A stretch of DNA of 64,000 nt from Chitinophagales bacterium (GTDB lineage: Bacteria > Bacteroidota > Bacteroidia > Chitinophagales > Chitinophagaceae). Positions 36,256-45,150 of this stretch are shown here, in pieces. Each line of letters starts with the position of its first letter. Position 1 is the stretch's first letter. Both the position numbers and the translations under genes were made by a program. A model generated the notes under the pieces. It did not search any database and had not been told where the DNA came from. It saw only the letters and a list, made by a program, of their open reading frames with translations. Location: positions 16,884 to 80,883 of the forward strand of contig JAFLBM010000020.1 in assembly GCA_017303455.1 (NCBI GenBank). Direction: 5' to 3'.

Positions 36256-36714
36256 TTAATATCTTCTTTGAGCTTCGTACTGTATTAAAAAATCAGCAAT
36301 GGCATCCACTTCATTTCTTGTTATATCCGGGAAGTCTGTCATCATTGTTCCATATCGCTTTTTTAGCTCTCTTGTATAGGGATCATTCTTCATAAATTCT
36401 GATGGATTTTTTATCCATTCATATAGTTTGTTCCTGTCCGGCCACGGCCCCCTGTCTTGGAATCCCAACAGACCTGGGCCTGTCGCATCTTTAAAAATAG
36501 AATGACAGGAAGCACACTTACTTAAGAATAAAACCTTACCTTTTGCCGCAGTTTCGGACAAAACGGTAGCAGTTGAATTAGCTGTGCTAGTGACGGTCTC
36601 TTGTTTTCCAGACAACAATTCAGTTGAAGAAATATTTTTAACGAACAACACCCCTGCTGTCAGTGTTGCAAGAAGTAGATGAGCAGAAACAATATAATTG
36701 ACTTGTCTGTTCAC
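36256..36714 (-). CDS. membrane-anchored c-type cytochrome (class I-like)
   Basis: N-terminal TM helix plus a CASCH haem-binding motif. A downstream Met-rich segment (YGTMMTDFP) could supply the sixth ligand. Confidence 0.75.
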   Translation of the reverse strand: MNRQVNYIVSAHLLLATLTAGVLFVKNISSTELLSGKQETVTSTANSTATVLSETAAKGKVLFLSKCASCHSIFKDATGPGLLGFQDRGPWPDRNKLYEWIKNPSEFMKNDPYTRELKKRYGTMMTDFPDITRNEVDAIADFLIQYEAQRRY

Positions 36715-36744
36715 TTCTCAAAAGTACAACAGCGTTTGTCAATA

Positions 36745-37392
36745 TCACAATTTATACAACCCGATCTTTACCGCATACAATGCCAGGGCCACTCTTGTCT
36801 TCACGCCCAGTTTTTCAAATAAACTGTCCCGGTAGCTTTCCACTGTCCGGTGACTGCAAAACATTTTTTCACCGATCTCTTTATACGTTAGTTCGGTGCA
36901 GGTAAACCGGAGAAAATCTTTTTCCCGGTCGCTCAACGGAATACCGTTATTATTTTCAGTACCACCGTTGGCAATGCTATGCAATACCCTGCTGGTGGCC
37001 CAGTCCGGATAATAAAAGCCTTTTTTCTGCAATGCATCCAATGCCTTTTCAAGTTCGGTCGGGTGAACGTTCTTTTGCAAGTATCCTTTTGCCCCGCATT
37101 TGATCATCTTTAGTAAAGACTCATCGTCCGATTGCATCGTCAATGCCATTATCAGTACATCCGGGTGAGTTTGCCGCAGCCAGGTGGCCGTTTCAAAACC
37201 ATCCATTTCCGGCATGGAGATATCCAGTAAAATAATGCGGGGTATATTTTTGGAGTGCTGAAACCGCTCCTGGAGGGCTTTACCATTCTCACATTCATAC
37301 AGCACTTTATAATCATTGAAATGTTCGATGATGGAAGTAATGGCCTTCGCAATAAGCAGGTGGTCATCAACAATGACAATAGTGGTGGGCAT
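36745..37392 (-). CDS. NarL/FixJ-family response regulator
   Basis: REC domain (RIILLDISMPEMDG) plus a LuxR-type HTH (LSDREKDFLRFTCTELTYKEIGEKM). It starts 6 nt downstream of the kinase gene. Confidence 0.9.
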   Translation of the reverse strand: MPTTIVIVDDHLLIAKAITSIIEHFNDYKVLYECENGKALQERFQHSKNIPRIILLDISMPEMDGFETATWLRQTHPDVLIMALTMQSDDESLLKMIKCGAKGYLQKNVHPTELEKALDALQKKGFYYPDWATSRVLHSIANGGTENNNGIPLSDREKDFLRFTCTELTYKEIGEKMFCSHRTVESYRDSLFEKLGVKTRVALALYAVKIGLYKL

Positions 37393-37398
37393 AGGTTA

Positions 37399-38190
37399 TT
37401 AATCAGACGCCAGGTTCTTTTCAGGGATCGTTATTTGCAGCTGCGTTCCCTTACCGGGTTCACTTTGCAAATTAAACAATCCGCCGATCAGATGCACACG
37501 TCTTTTCATATTCGCTAAACCAATACCTCTTGACTGAACGTTAGTACTATCAAAACCCTTCCCGTTGTCAGCCGCTTTTAATAACAGACCATCCGTTGTT
37601 TGATATAACTGTACCGTGATCAGGTCGCCTTCCGAATGTTTCAGGCTGTTCTGCATAAATTCCTGGGCAATTCTCAGCAGGAAACTTTTTACCGTGACGC
37701 TGATCTCCCGGGTAAAGTCTGATTCGAAAACGGCTTTGCAAACGCCTGTATCATTCACCCGGCCACATTCAAAAAAAAGCAGGTCGGCCAGGCTGGTCTC
37801 ATGCATTTTATTATCAGCCAGTGTACGGGAAAGATCTCTCAGTTCTTCCAGTGAATCATTAATCACACTGCTGATCCGTTGCAGCTTATCAGCAATAGCC
37901 GGAAACTGGTTCTCATACTCCAGTTTTTGTGTGTAAATAGTAGCGAGGGTGAGTTTTTGTGCCACACTATCATGGATCTCCCGGCCTATAAACTGCATGG
38001 TTTGCTCCTGTGCCTGCAATTGGGTATGGAGAATGTCCAGTTTGTGCTTTTCCTCGATCAGGGCTTTTTCTTTTTCATGCAGGATCTTCCGTTTCCGGTA
38101 TTGAAAAATAAAGATGATGATCCCGGAGACCAGGATCAGCAAAATGATATTTGCCAGTATGATGAATATGGTTATTTCGGCCTGCCGCAT
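37399..38190 (-). CDS. HisKA_3-type sensor histidine kinase with a single N-terminal TM helix and no sensor domain
   Basis: MRQAEITIFIILANIILLILVSGIIIFIF is the TM helix. A coiled coil follows, then the H-box GREIHDSVAQKL and HATPase motifs NSLKHS and DNGKGF...GIGL. Confidence 0.88.
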   Translation of the reverse strand: MRQAEITIFIILANIILLILVSGIIIFIFQYRKRKILHEKEKALIEEKHKLDILHTQLQAQEQTMQFIGREIHDSVAQKLTLATIYTQKLEYENQFPAIADKLQRISSVINDSLEELRDLSRTLADNKMHETSLADLLFFECGRVNDTGVCKAVFESDFTREISVTVKSFLLRIAQEFMQNSLKHSEGDLITVQLYQTTDGLLLKAADNGKGFDSTNVQSRGIGLANMKRRVHLIGGLFNLQSEPGKGTQLQITIPEKNLASD

Positions 38191-38831
38191 ATGAATGCTA
38201 TCGTAAAAAAAATATACATCAAATAATCAAGTACATAGTTAATGTTTAAGTAAGCATAGAATATTTCGGGATAACTAACTGCAAGAGTATTTCTTAAAGC
38301 ATAAAATGGGAAAGTACCTAGATAAAATGACAGCAATCCCAAACTAACCCAAAACATCATACTTTGCTTGTAACTTAATATTTCTCGGCTATTAATAAAT
38401 TTTATGAAAAAAAGTATGATCAAGCTAAGTAAAATGATATTTCCCATTGTATATGAAAAAGACATAAACCAACCCTTTACTGCCTGCGAAAAGAAAATCT
38501 CTGCAAGCCAACTCAGAAGATAAACACAAGCACCAATAATCGGCCATTTTTTTTCACTATCGTCACCAAAATATCTGTAAAACAACCAACAGAAGAACAA
38601 AAATTGTACAGGTATTCCAAAATACCTGTACATCTCAACATTTAATGGCTGGTCTTTAAGAACTGTCATTATATACTTTCCAGTAAACTCAACCATCAAA
38701 ATAACAGACAGATAAACAGGAAACCACTTCCAGAAGCTCTTTCGGATTTTTTCCCAATAATAAAATCCAGTAATACAGGATAATACCTCAAAAAAATTGA
38801 GCCCCCATTTTAGTAAATCAATCGTTGTCAA
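38172..38831 (-). CDS. hypothetical seven-TM membrane protein, very AT-rich, overlapping the kinase gene start by 19 nt
   Basis: 219-aa ORF with seven hydrophobic segments by eye. Three 60-nt lines counted by hand give about 25-35 percent GC. The stop TAA (38174-38172) lies inside the kinase ORF. Confidence 0.65.
   Translation of the reverse strand: MTTIDLLKWGLNFFEVLSCITGFYYWEKIRKSFWKWFPVYLSVILMVEFTGKYIMTVLKDQPLNVEMYRYFGIPVQFLFFCWLFYRYFGDDSEKKWPIIGACVYLLSWLAEIFFSQAVKGWFMSFSYTMGNIILLSLIILFFIKFINSREILSYKQSMMFWVSLGLLSFYLGTFPFYALRNTLAVSYPEIFYAYLNINYVLDYLMYIFFTIAFICGRPK
38205..38212 (-). other. A8/T8 homopolymer (U UUU UUU in the 7TM reading frame), a potential -1 frameshift or slippage site
   Basis: Eight consecutive A residues on the plus strand, counted directly, 15 nt upstream of the kinase ATG on the coding strand. 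Confidence 0.9.
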
Positions 38832-38854
38832 ACCTATTTATTACTTTATTAAGT

Positions 38855-39514
38855 TTAATTATCTCCACTTGGGAAAGTACCGGTTCCTGCAGGAGGTGGT
38901 GCCAAATCGCCATGGTTCAATACACCTGCACCATCCCCTCCGCTCAGTTTCATGCCTTCCCTGCTGCTGGCTGATTTTTGCAAATAAGCTCCCAACGGTG
39001 TGGGTTTGCACTTATCGGCTCCGGGATGAAAGGGATCAAAATCGATATTTCCTTTTTGCCCTTTATAGGTAGCGGTTAAAAAAACCGTCTGGTGCATCGC
39101 ATATTTCGGATCAACTCCAAATTGTCTGATGAGTGATGAGTCGGGATACTTCGCAAAATAAACATGCATACCTAATCCCAGGCTGTCGATATTACAACCT
39201 TGTTTACAAAGTGTGTCTTCAATCTGCCAGATATATTGTTTGAGTGTTTCCAGGTCGAACCAGACGGCTTTGGCGTCTTCAATATTGGTTATGCCCCCGG
39301 CATCTGAGATATAGGCTTTGTCCTTATCCCCATAATACAGGTCAGCGATCTCTTTGGCAAGGTTCACATCCAGGTAGCCTTTCATGGGTTTCCCGCTATA
39401 GTCTTTGGTATGTAATTGCTGGCAGGGATCGGCTTCTGTTTTCTGCTGGTTACAGGCATAAAACCCAACAATAATAAAGAACAGGATGTTCGCAGCGATC
39501 ATGGCTTTTTTCAT
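38855..39514 (-). CDS. hypothetical lipoprotein
   Basis: MKKAMIAANILFFIIVGFYACNQQ has a lipobox. I recognise no family. Confidence 0.55.
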   Translation of the reverse strand: MKKAMIAANILFFIIVGFYACNQQKTEADPCQQLHTKDYSGKPMKGYLDVNLAKEIADLYYGDKDKAYISDAGGITNIEDAKAVWFDLETLKQYIWQIEDTLCKQGCNIDSLGLGMHVYFAKYPDSSLIRQFGVDPKYAMHQTVFLTATYKGQKGNIDFDPFHPGADKCKPTPLGAYLQKSASSREGMKLSGGDGAGVLNHGDLAPPPAGTGTFPSGDN

Positions 39515-39621
39515 ACATATATTGTTTTAGTGAAGGAAAAATGAGTCGCTACAAATCTATACGGAAAACCCGGTTTAATAAACGGGTAAACAACCATTCC
39601 TGCACCGTTAAATAACGGAAA

Positions 39622-39648
39622 TAAAAAAATCCTGCTGCAACAGGATTG
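39622..39648 (-). terminator. rho-independent terminator of the acyl-CoA dehydrogenase gene
   Basis: Stem ATCCTG (39629-39634) pairs with CAGGAT (39641-39646). The plus-strand A7 run just upstream gives a U-tract on the minus strand. Confidence 0.7.
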
Positions 39649-39674
39649 GCTAATAATTTTCAACACACAGGTTA

Positions 39675-40817
39675 TTAACTGCGTAATACTTCCCGGGAGA
39701 TGACGATTTTTTGTATCTCGCTGGTGCCTTCCCCAATGGTGCAAAGTTTGGCATCCCGGTAGAATTTTTCGACCGGGAAATCTTTGGTATATCCATAGCC
39801 GCCGAATACCTGCACCGCATCATTGGCCACTTTCACGGCCACTTCGCTGGCATAATATTTTGCCATGGCTGCTTCTTTGGTCATCGGTTGTTTTCTTTCT
39901 TTCAGGTCGCAAGCCTGTAAAGTGAGGAGCTCTGCCGCTGCAATTTCCGTAGCCATATCGGCCAGTTTAAAGGAGATTCCCTGGAAACTGGAAATAGGTT
40001 GATCGAACTGGTATCGTTCCTGTGAATATTTCAATGCTGCTTCATAGGCGCCTTTCGCTATCCCGATAGAAAGTGAAGCGATTGATATTCTTCCGCCGTC
40101 CAGTACTTTCATTGCTTGTTTAAAACCATCTCCCACTTCGCCCAGCCGGTTGGCATCCGGTATCCTGCACTGATCAAAGACCATTTCTGTTGTTTCGCTG
40201 GCCCGCATGCCAAGCTTGTTTTCTTTCTTACCGGCACTGAATCCTTTTGTCCCTCTCTCAACAATAAAAGCAGTTGAATTATTTTTAGTGCGGGGCTCTC
40301 CCGTCCTGCAGATCACAACCGCCACATCACCACTGTTACCATGGGTGATCCAGTTCTTGGTTCCATTGATGATCCAGTCATTGCCTTCTTTTATGGCTGT
40401 ACATTTCATATTACCGGCATCACTACCCGTGTTGGCTTCTGTTAAGCCCCAGGAACCGATCCATTCTGCGGTAGCCAGTTTAGGTAAATATCTCTTCTTC
40501 TGTTCCTCATTGGCGAATGTCATGATATGCCCCGTGCATAATGAATTATGTGCAGCCAAACTAAGGCCGACAGAACCGCATACTTTAGCGATTTCTTCAA
40601 TAACTGTTTTGTATTCAAAATAAGTTAGACCGGCTCCACCATACTGTTCGGGCACCAATACTCCCATCAATCCCAGTTTGCCCATTTCTTTAAAAATATG
40701 AACAGGGAATAGTTGTTGCTCATCCCATTCCATTACATGAGGTCGTATATACCGTTGTGCAAAATCACGGGCCGTATGGCCTACCTGTTGTGTGAGTTCA
40801 GATGACTGAAAATTCAT
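39675..40817 (-). CDS. acyl-CoA dehydrogenase (short/medium-chain type)
   Basis: GLTEANTGSDAG, ERYQFDQPI and QVFGGYGYTKDFPVEKFYRDAKLCTIGEGTSEIQ. The start is trimmed to ATG 40817 (MNFQSSELTQQ), giving 380 aa. Confidence 0.92.
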   Translation of the reverse strand: MNFQSSELTQQVGHTARDFAQRYIRPHVMEWDEQQLFPVHIFKEMGKLGLMGVLVPEQYGGAGLTYFEYKTVIEEIAKVCGSVGLSLAAHNSLCTGHIMTFANEEQKKRYLPKLATAEWIGSWGLTEANTGSDAGNMKCTAIKEGNDWIINGTKNWITHGNSGDVAVVICRTGEPRTKNNSTAFIVERGTKGFSAGKKENKLGMRASETTEMVFDQCRIPDANRLGEVGDGFKQAMKVLDGGRISIASLSIGIAKGAYEAALKYSQERYQFDQPISSFQGISFKLADMATEIAAAELLTLQACDLKERKQPMTKEAAMAKYYASEVAVKVANDAVQVFGGYGYTKDFPVEKFYRDAKLCTIGEGTSEIQKIVISREVLRS

Positions 40818-40977
40818 AGTATAACAATCGTTGGGGTTAATTACTAATAACAGTGCCACACCAGGAAGCCGGGGTGGCACTGTCTGTGCCTTAAGATCAT
40901 GGCAAAACAATCGTTAAAGGCGGGTGCAAGATAAGGGAAAATCTTTTACACTAACACTCGTTAGTTGTAAAAATCTT

Positions 40978-41754
40978 CTATCCTTCCCAGGTCAGGCCAT
41001 CGTATGCAAGATGTACCCCCCTGGGTAATTCAGTTTCAATTACAGCATGAAGGCCCAGCTGGTGTGAAATATGGGTAAAGTATGCCCTAGGAATTCTTAG
41101 TTCCTGCACCAGCTCTATCGCCTCTCCAAGGTTGAAATGAGAAATATGTTTTTGCTTGCGGAGTGCATTCAATACAATCACTTCACTGCCCCTGATCTTT
41201 TCCTTCTCTTCTTCCTCGATCCTGTTAGCATCGGTGATATAGGTGAATTTCCCAAAACGAAATCCCAGCACGGGCATTTTTAAATGCCATACCTGGATGG
41301 GAGTAACTGGTATATCACCCACCATAAAAGGATCAAGGTTGATGGTATGCATGTTCAATTCCGGAATACCGGGGTATTTGGTATCTGTGAAAGCATAATA
41401 AAAGTCCCTTCTCACGGCCTCTTCTGTCAGCGAGTCAGCATAGATATCTATAGGTTTTTTAGAAAAAAAATTGAATGCCCGGATATCATCCAGCCCGGCG
41501 AGATGATCCTTATGTGGATGTGTGAATAATACTGCATCGAGATGTTTCACTTTTTCCCGGAGCATTTGATACCTGAAATCAGGGCCGGTATCCACAACCA
41601 GCGATGTGGTTGGAGATTGTACCATTATACTCGAACGAAGACGGTTGTCTCTTTTATCTGTGGAGGTACAGACAGCACAATCGCAGCCAATCATGGGAAC
41701 TCCGCTGCTGGTACCCGTACCGAGAAAGGTAATTTTTAAAGGAGGACAAGTCAC
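40978..41754 (-). CDS. MBL-fold metallo-hydrolase (PhnP/YycJ-like)
   Basis: LGTGTSSGVP and the HxHxDH motif (FTHPHKDHLAG). The apparent start codon is GTG. Confidence 0.8.
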   Translation of the reverse strand: MTCPPLKITFLGTGTSSGVPMIGCDCAVCTSTDKRDNRLRSSIMVQSPTTSLVVDTGPDFRYQMLREKVKHLDAVLFTHPHKDHLAGLDDIRAFNFFSKKPIDIYADSLTEEAVRRDFYYAFTDTKYPGIPELNMHTINLDPFMVGDIPVTPIQVWHLKMPVLGFRFGKFTYITDANRIEEEEKEKIRGSEVIVLNALRKQKHISHFNLGEAIELVQELRIPRAYFTHISHQLGLHAVIETELPRGVHLAYDGLTWEG

Positions 41755-41763
41755 AGCGTAAAG

Positions 41764-41810
41764 TTATTGGTTAATTGGTTAACCCACATGACGCTTTGAC
41801 GAACCAATAA
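41764..41810. repeat. tandem word TTATTGGTT/TAATTGGTT plus a 9-bp inverted copy
   Basis: TTATTGGTT (41764-41772), TAATTGGTT (41772-41780) and AACCAATAA (41802-41810). The element lies between the stop of the 94-aa ORF and the MBL hydrolase start. Confidence 0.85.
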
Positions 41811-41820
41811 GATGGGGTAA

Positions 41821-42105
41821 TTAATTACTTCCGTTCTCTTCGATCTCCAGTTTGGAAATAATATTGAGGTAGAGTTTTTTGGAATCATCTGTCAGCACCT
41901 CTGTATTGATCTCCAGTTGCGGGATCAGGTCCAATAAAGTATTGATGCGTCCTTCTATCTGCAGGAATTTATTCAGTACTACCACTTTCCTTGCTTCCAG
42001 GATGCAATACCCGCTTTGGAAAGTACCCCGCTCATACCGCAATACATACCCGGACTGTTCAGGAATGGCTTCTAATTTATCAAGTGTTGTTTGTGTATAT
42101 TTCAT
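41821..42105 (-). CDS. hypothetical small protein (94 aa)
   Basis: Clean ORF between porX and the MBL hydrolase gene on the same strand. I recognise no family. Confidence 0.5.
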   Translation of the reverse strand: MKYTQTTLDKLEAIPEQSGYVLRYERGTFQSGYCILEARKVVVLNKFLQIEGRINTLLDLIPQLEINTEVLTDDSKKLYLNIISKLEIEENGSN

Positions 42106-42214
42106 TTGGTAAAAGGAAAACAGATAATAGAAAATAGGGTATCAGGACACAAATTTACGCATATAGTAACTAGCGAAAAGTTGGTTTCAACTGGATTTTT
42201 CCACAACCCATTCA

Positions 42215-43771
42215 CTATTTACTCTGCATCTTAATCACGGGAACGATCATTTCTTCCAGGCTGACCCCCCCGTGCTGGAAGGTGTTCTTGTAATAGTTCA
42301 CATAATAATTGTAGTTATTGGGATAACAGAGAAAACTATCTTCCTTCGCAAAGATGAAAGAAGAGTTAACAGTCGGTACCGGCAGACCTGCTTCTCTGGG
42401 ATCCCGGAAAGCCAGTACTTCTTTGGGTTCATAATTTAAATTACGGCCGTGTTTATACCGGAGATTGGTGGTGGTTTGCTTATCTCCAACCACTTTGTAG
42501 GGTGTCTTCACTCTCACACTGCCATGATCAGTAGCCAATACGATCCTGATATTTTTCTCCGCCACTTTTTTCAATGCCTGGTGCAGGGGTGAATGTTCAA
42601 ACCAGCTGGCTGTGATACTGCGGTAACTCATTTCATCGCCGGCCAGCTCTTTCAGCACTTCCATTTCGGTGCGGGCATGGCTGAGCATATCCACAAAATT
42701 GTACACGATCACATTGATATCATTATTCAGCAGGTTATGAATATTATTCACCAGGTCGAGCCCGGCCTGGTTATTCAATACTTTGGTGTAAGAAATCTTC
42801 AGATCACCCTTGCCTAATCTTTTTAGTTGTGCCCGGAAGAATTCTTCTTCATGTAAATTCTTTCCACCTTCCTCATCATCGTTCTTCCATTGCACCGGAA
42901 ATTGCTTTTCAATATCGATCGGCATCAGGCCAGAAAAAATAGCATTACGGCAATATTGCGTAGCTGTTGGCAGGATACTGTAAAAACTATCTTCTTCCAG
43001 GATACGGAAACTCTCCGCAAAAATGGGTTGTATCGCTTTCCACTGATCAAACCGGAGATTATCGATCAATACAAAAAATAAAGGAGTTCCTTTTTCAACA
43101 TGCGGCAACACTTTAAACTGCACCAGTGAATGGCTCATCACCGGGCCATCACTGCTTTTAGGCGATACCCAGCCTGCATAATTCTTTGAAACAAATTTGA
43201 AAAATTCGGTATTGGCTTCTGCTTTCTGGCTCTGTAATACTTCCTGCATTTCGGGACTGTCACTTTTCTGCATTTCCAGCTCCCAGTACACTAACTTTTT
43301 ATAAATATCCATCCATTCATTATAGTCGGGGTTACTGTTCAGCGCCATGAATAAATTACGGAACTGCTGCTGGTAAGCTGTTGTTGTTTTTTCTGCCACC
43401 AGTCGCCTGTTATCGATGATTTTTTTCAGGCTGAGCCAAACCTGGTTGGGGTTTACCGGTTTAATCAGGTAATCACTGATCTGCGAACCGATGGCTTCAT
43501 CCATCAGGTTCTCTGTTTCATTCTTGGTGATCAGTACTACCGGCAATGATTGGTTGATCTCTTTGATCTTGGCCAGTGTTTCCAGGCCGGTAATGCCGGG
43601 CATGGTCTCATCGATCAACACCACATCCACCAGGTTCTCCTTTACATAATCAATCGCATCAAAGCCATTGGTAAAGGTTTGTACTTCGTACCCTTTATTT
43701 TCAAGAAACATCTTTTGTGACTGCAAGCTTTCGATCTCGTCATCCACCCAGATAATTTTTGCAACTGCCAT
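42215..43771 (-). CDS. porX: REC-PglZ response regulator, PorX-type (T9SS-associated)
   Basis: 518 aa. The N-terminal receiver has IIWVDDEIESL...VVLIDETMPGITGL...DYLIKPVNPNQ. A large alkaline-phosphatase-superfamily (PglZ) domain follows. This architecture and conserved block match PorX as I remember it. Confidence 0.8.
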   Translation of the reverse strand: MAVAKIIWVDDEIESLQSQKMFLENKGYEVQTFTNGFDAIDYVKENLVDVVLIDETMPGITGLETLAKIKEINQSLPVVLITKNETENLMDEAIGSQISDYLIKPVNPNQVWLSLKKIIDNRRLVAEKTTTAYQQQFRNLFMALNSNPDYNEWMDIYKKLVYWELEMQKSDSPEMQEVLQSQKAEANTEFFKFVSKNYAGWVSPKSSDGPVMSHSLVQFKVLPHVEKGTPLFFVLIDNLRFDQWKAIQPIFAESFRILEEDSFYSILPTATQYCRNAIFSGLMPIDIEKQFPVQWKNDDEEGGKNLHEEEFFRAQLKRLGKGDLKISYTKVLNNQAGLDLVNNIHNLLNNDINVIVYNFVDMLSHARTEMEVLKELAGDEMSYRSITASWFEHSPLHQALKKVAEKNIRIVLATDHGSVRVKTPYKVVGDKQTTTNLRYKHGRNLNYEPKEVLAFRDPREAGLPVPTVNSSFIFAKEDSFLCYPNNYNYYVNYYKNTFQHGGVSLEEMIVPVIKMQSK

Positions 43772-43874
43772 TCTTAAAGTTTGAAGTTTGTGATTAACGA
43801 TCCGCTGTTCATTACCTGTTTACAGGAAACCGGCCCTGCTCCTTTCAAAAATAGCTTATTAAGTCCGGTCGTTG

Positions 43875-43882
43875 TACTTTTG
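43875..43882 (+). promoter_or_regulatory. candidate -7 box (TACTTTTG) for the HD-lpxD operon
   Basis: Exact TAnnTTTG match, 38 nt upstream of ATG 43921. Confidence 0.45.
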
Positions 43883-43920
43883 CCGCCTGCCCTTCCGGGG
43901 CCTTTAACAAAAAAGCAACA

Positions 43921-45135
43921 ATGACGCCAGTTCGCAAGATCATCAACGACCCGGTCTATGGTTTTATTACAATAGATCACCCGCTGATCCTACAAATTAT
44001 TTCCCATCCCTGGTACCAGCGGCTGCGCAATATTCACCAGATGGCATTTGCTCACCTGGTATATCCGGGTGCCGTTCATTCAAGATTACATCATTCCTTA
44101 GGTGCTTACCACCTGATGAGCATGGCCTTATTTGAATTAAAAAGTAAAGGCATTGCAATAACCCCCGAAGAAGAATTGGGCGCAAAGATTGCCATCTTAT
44201 TGCATGATATTGGTCATGGGCCTTATTCGCATGCCCTGGAACAGGAACTGATCACCGATGTGCACCATGAAACCATTTCCTTGCTGCTCATCAAAAAACT
44301 GGATGAAGAATTCGACGGACAATTACAGACCGCTATCGCCATTTTCACCAATCAATATCCCAAACCATTTTTACACCAGTTAGTATCGGGACAAATTGAC
44401 GTGGACCGGATGGACTACCTGAACCGGGATAGTTTTTTTACCGGTGTGGCAGAGGGTGTGATCGGGTATGACCGTATTATTAAAATGCTGGCGGTAAAAG
44501 AAGGGCAGTTGATGGTAGAAGAAAAAGCAATTTACTCTATTGAGAAATTCCTGGTGAGCCGCCGGCTGATGTACTGGCAGGTATATTTACACAAAACAGT
44601 GCTGGGTGCTGAAATGATGCTGGTAAAGATCATCCGCCGGGCGAAAGAACTGATCAGTAAAGGAGAAAAAGTAAATGCGGTTTCCGCAGCACTGGATTTC
44701 TTTTTACAACAAACAGATGGCCGGGTCTCCATTGCCAGCCATTTGGATACATTTTGCCAGTTGGACGATCATGATGTAATGGCCACGATCAAAAACTGGT
44801 GCTTTCACCCGGATAAAATATTATCGACACTTTGCCGTTCTCTGATCGACCGGAGGTTATTCAAAGTAAAACTACAGGCAGATCCTTTTGACCCGCAACT
44901 GGAAACAGCAAAGAAAAAAGAAGCCATGACCCGGTTTGGGATCAGTGACAGTGAAGCCGATTATTTTGTCTTTACCGGTGATGCCATCAACACCACGTAT
45001 AACCCGCTGGATGAAAAGATCAATATTTTATTCAAAGACGGAACGGTGAAAGACATTTCCAAAGTGGACAATGCACTGATCCATCCGCAACTGGCCAGCC
45101 CGGTTAAAAAATATTACATTTGTTTTATCCGATAG
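43921..45135 (+). CDS. HD-domain phosphohydrolase
   Basis: SRLHHSLGAYHL and LLHDIGHGPYSH motifs. The position directly upstream of lpxD is common in Bacteroidota. Confidence 0.85.
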   Translation: MTPVRKIINDPVYGFITIDHPLILQIISHPWYQRLRNIHQMAFAHLVYPGAVHSRLHHSLGAYHLMSMALFELKSKGIAITPEEELGAKIAILLHDIGHGPYSHALEQELITDVHHETISLLLIKKLDEEFDGQLQTAIAIFTNQYPKPFLHQLVSGQIDVDRMDYLNRDSFFTGVAEGVIGYDRIIKMLAVKEGQLMVEEKAIYSIEKFLVSRRLMYWQVYLHKTVLGAEMMLVKIIRRAKELISKGEKVNAVSAALDFFLQQTDGRVSIASHLDTFCQLDDHDVMATIKNWCFHPDKILSTLCRSLIDRRLFKVKLQADPFDPQLETAKKKEAMTRFGISDSEADYFVFTGDAINTTYNPLDEKINILFKDGTVKDISKVDNALIHPQLASPVKKYYICFIR

Positions 45136-45150
45136 TTAAATAACTGACTC

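Noticed and set aside
43774-43980. A 68-aa minus-strand ORF upstream of porX that overlaps the HD-domain gene start.
   Set aside because: It has no recognisable features, overlaps a confident gene start and its promoter box, and is likely spurious.
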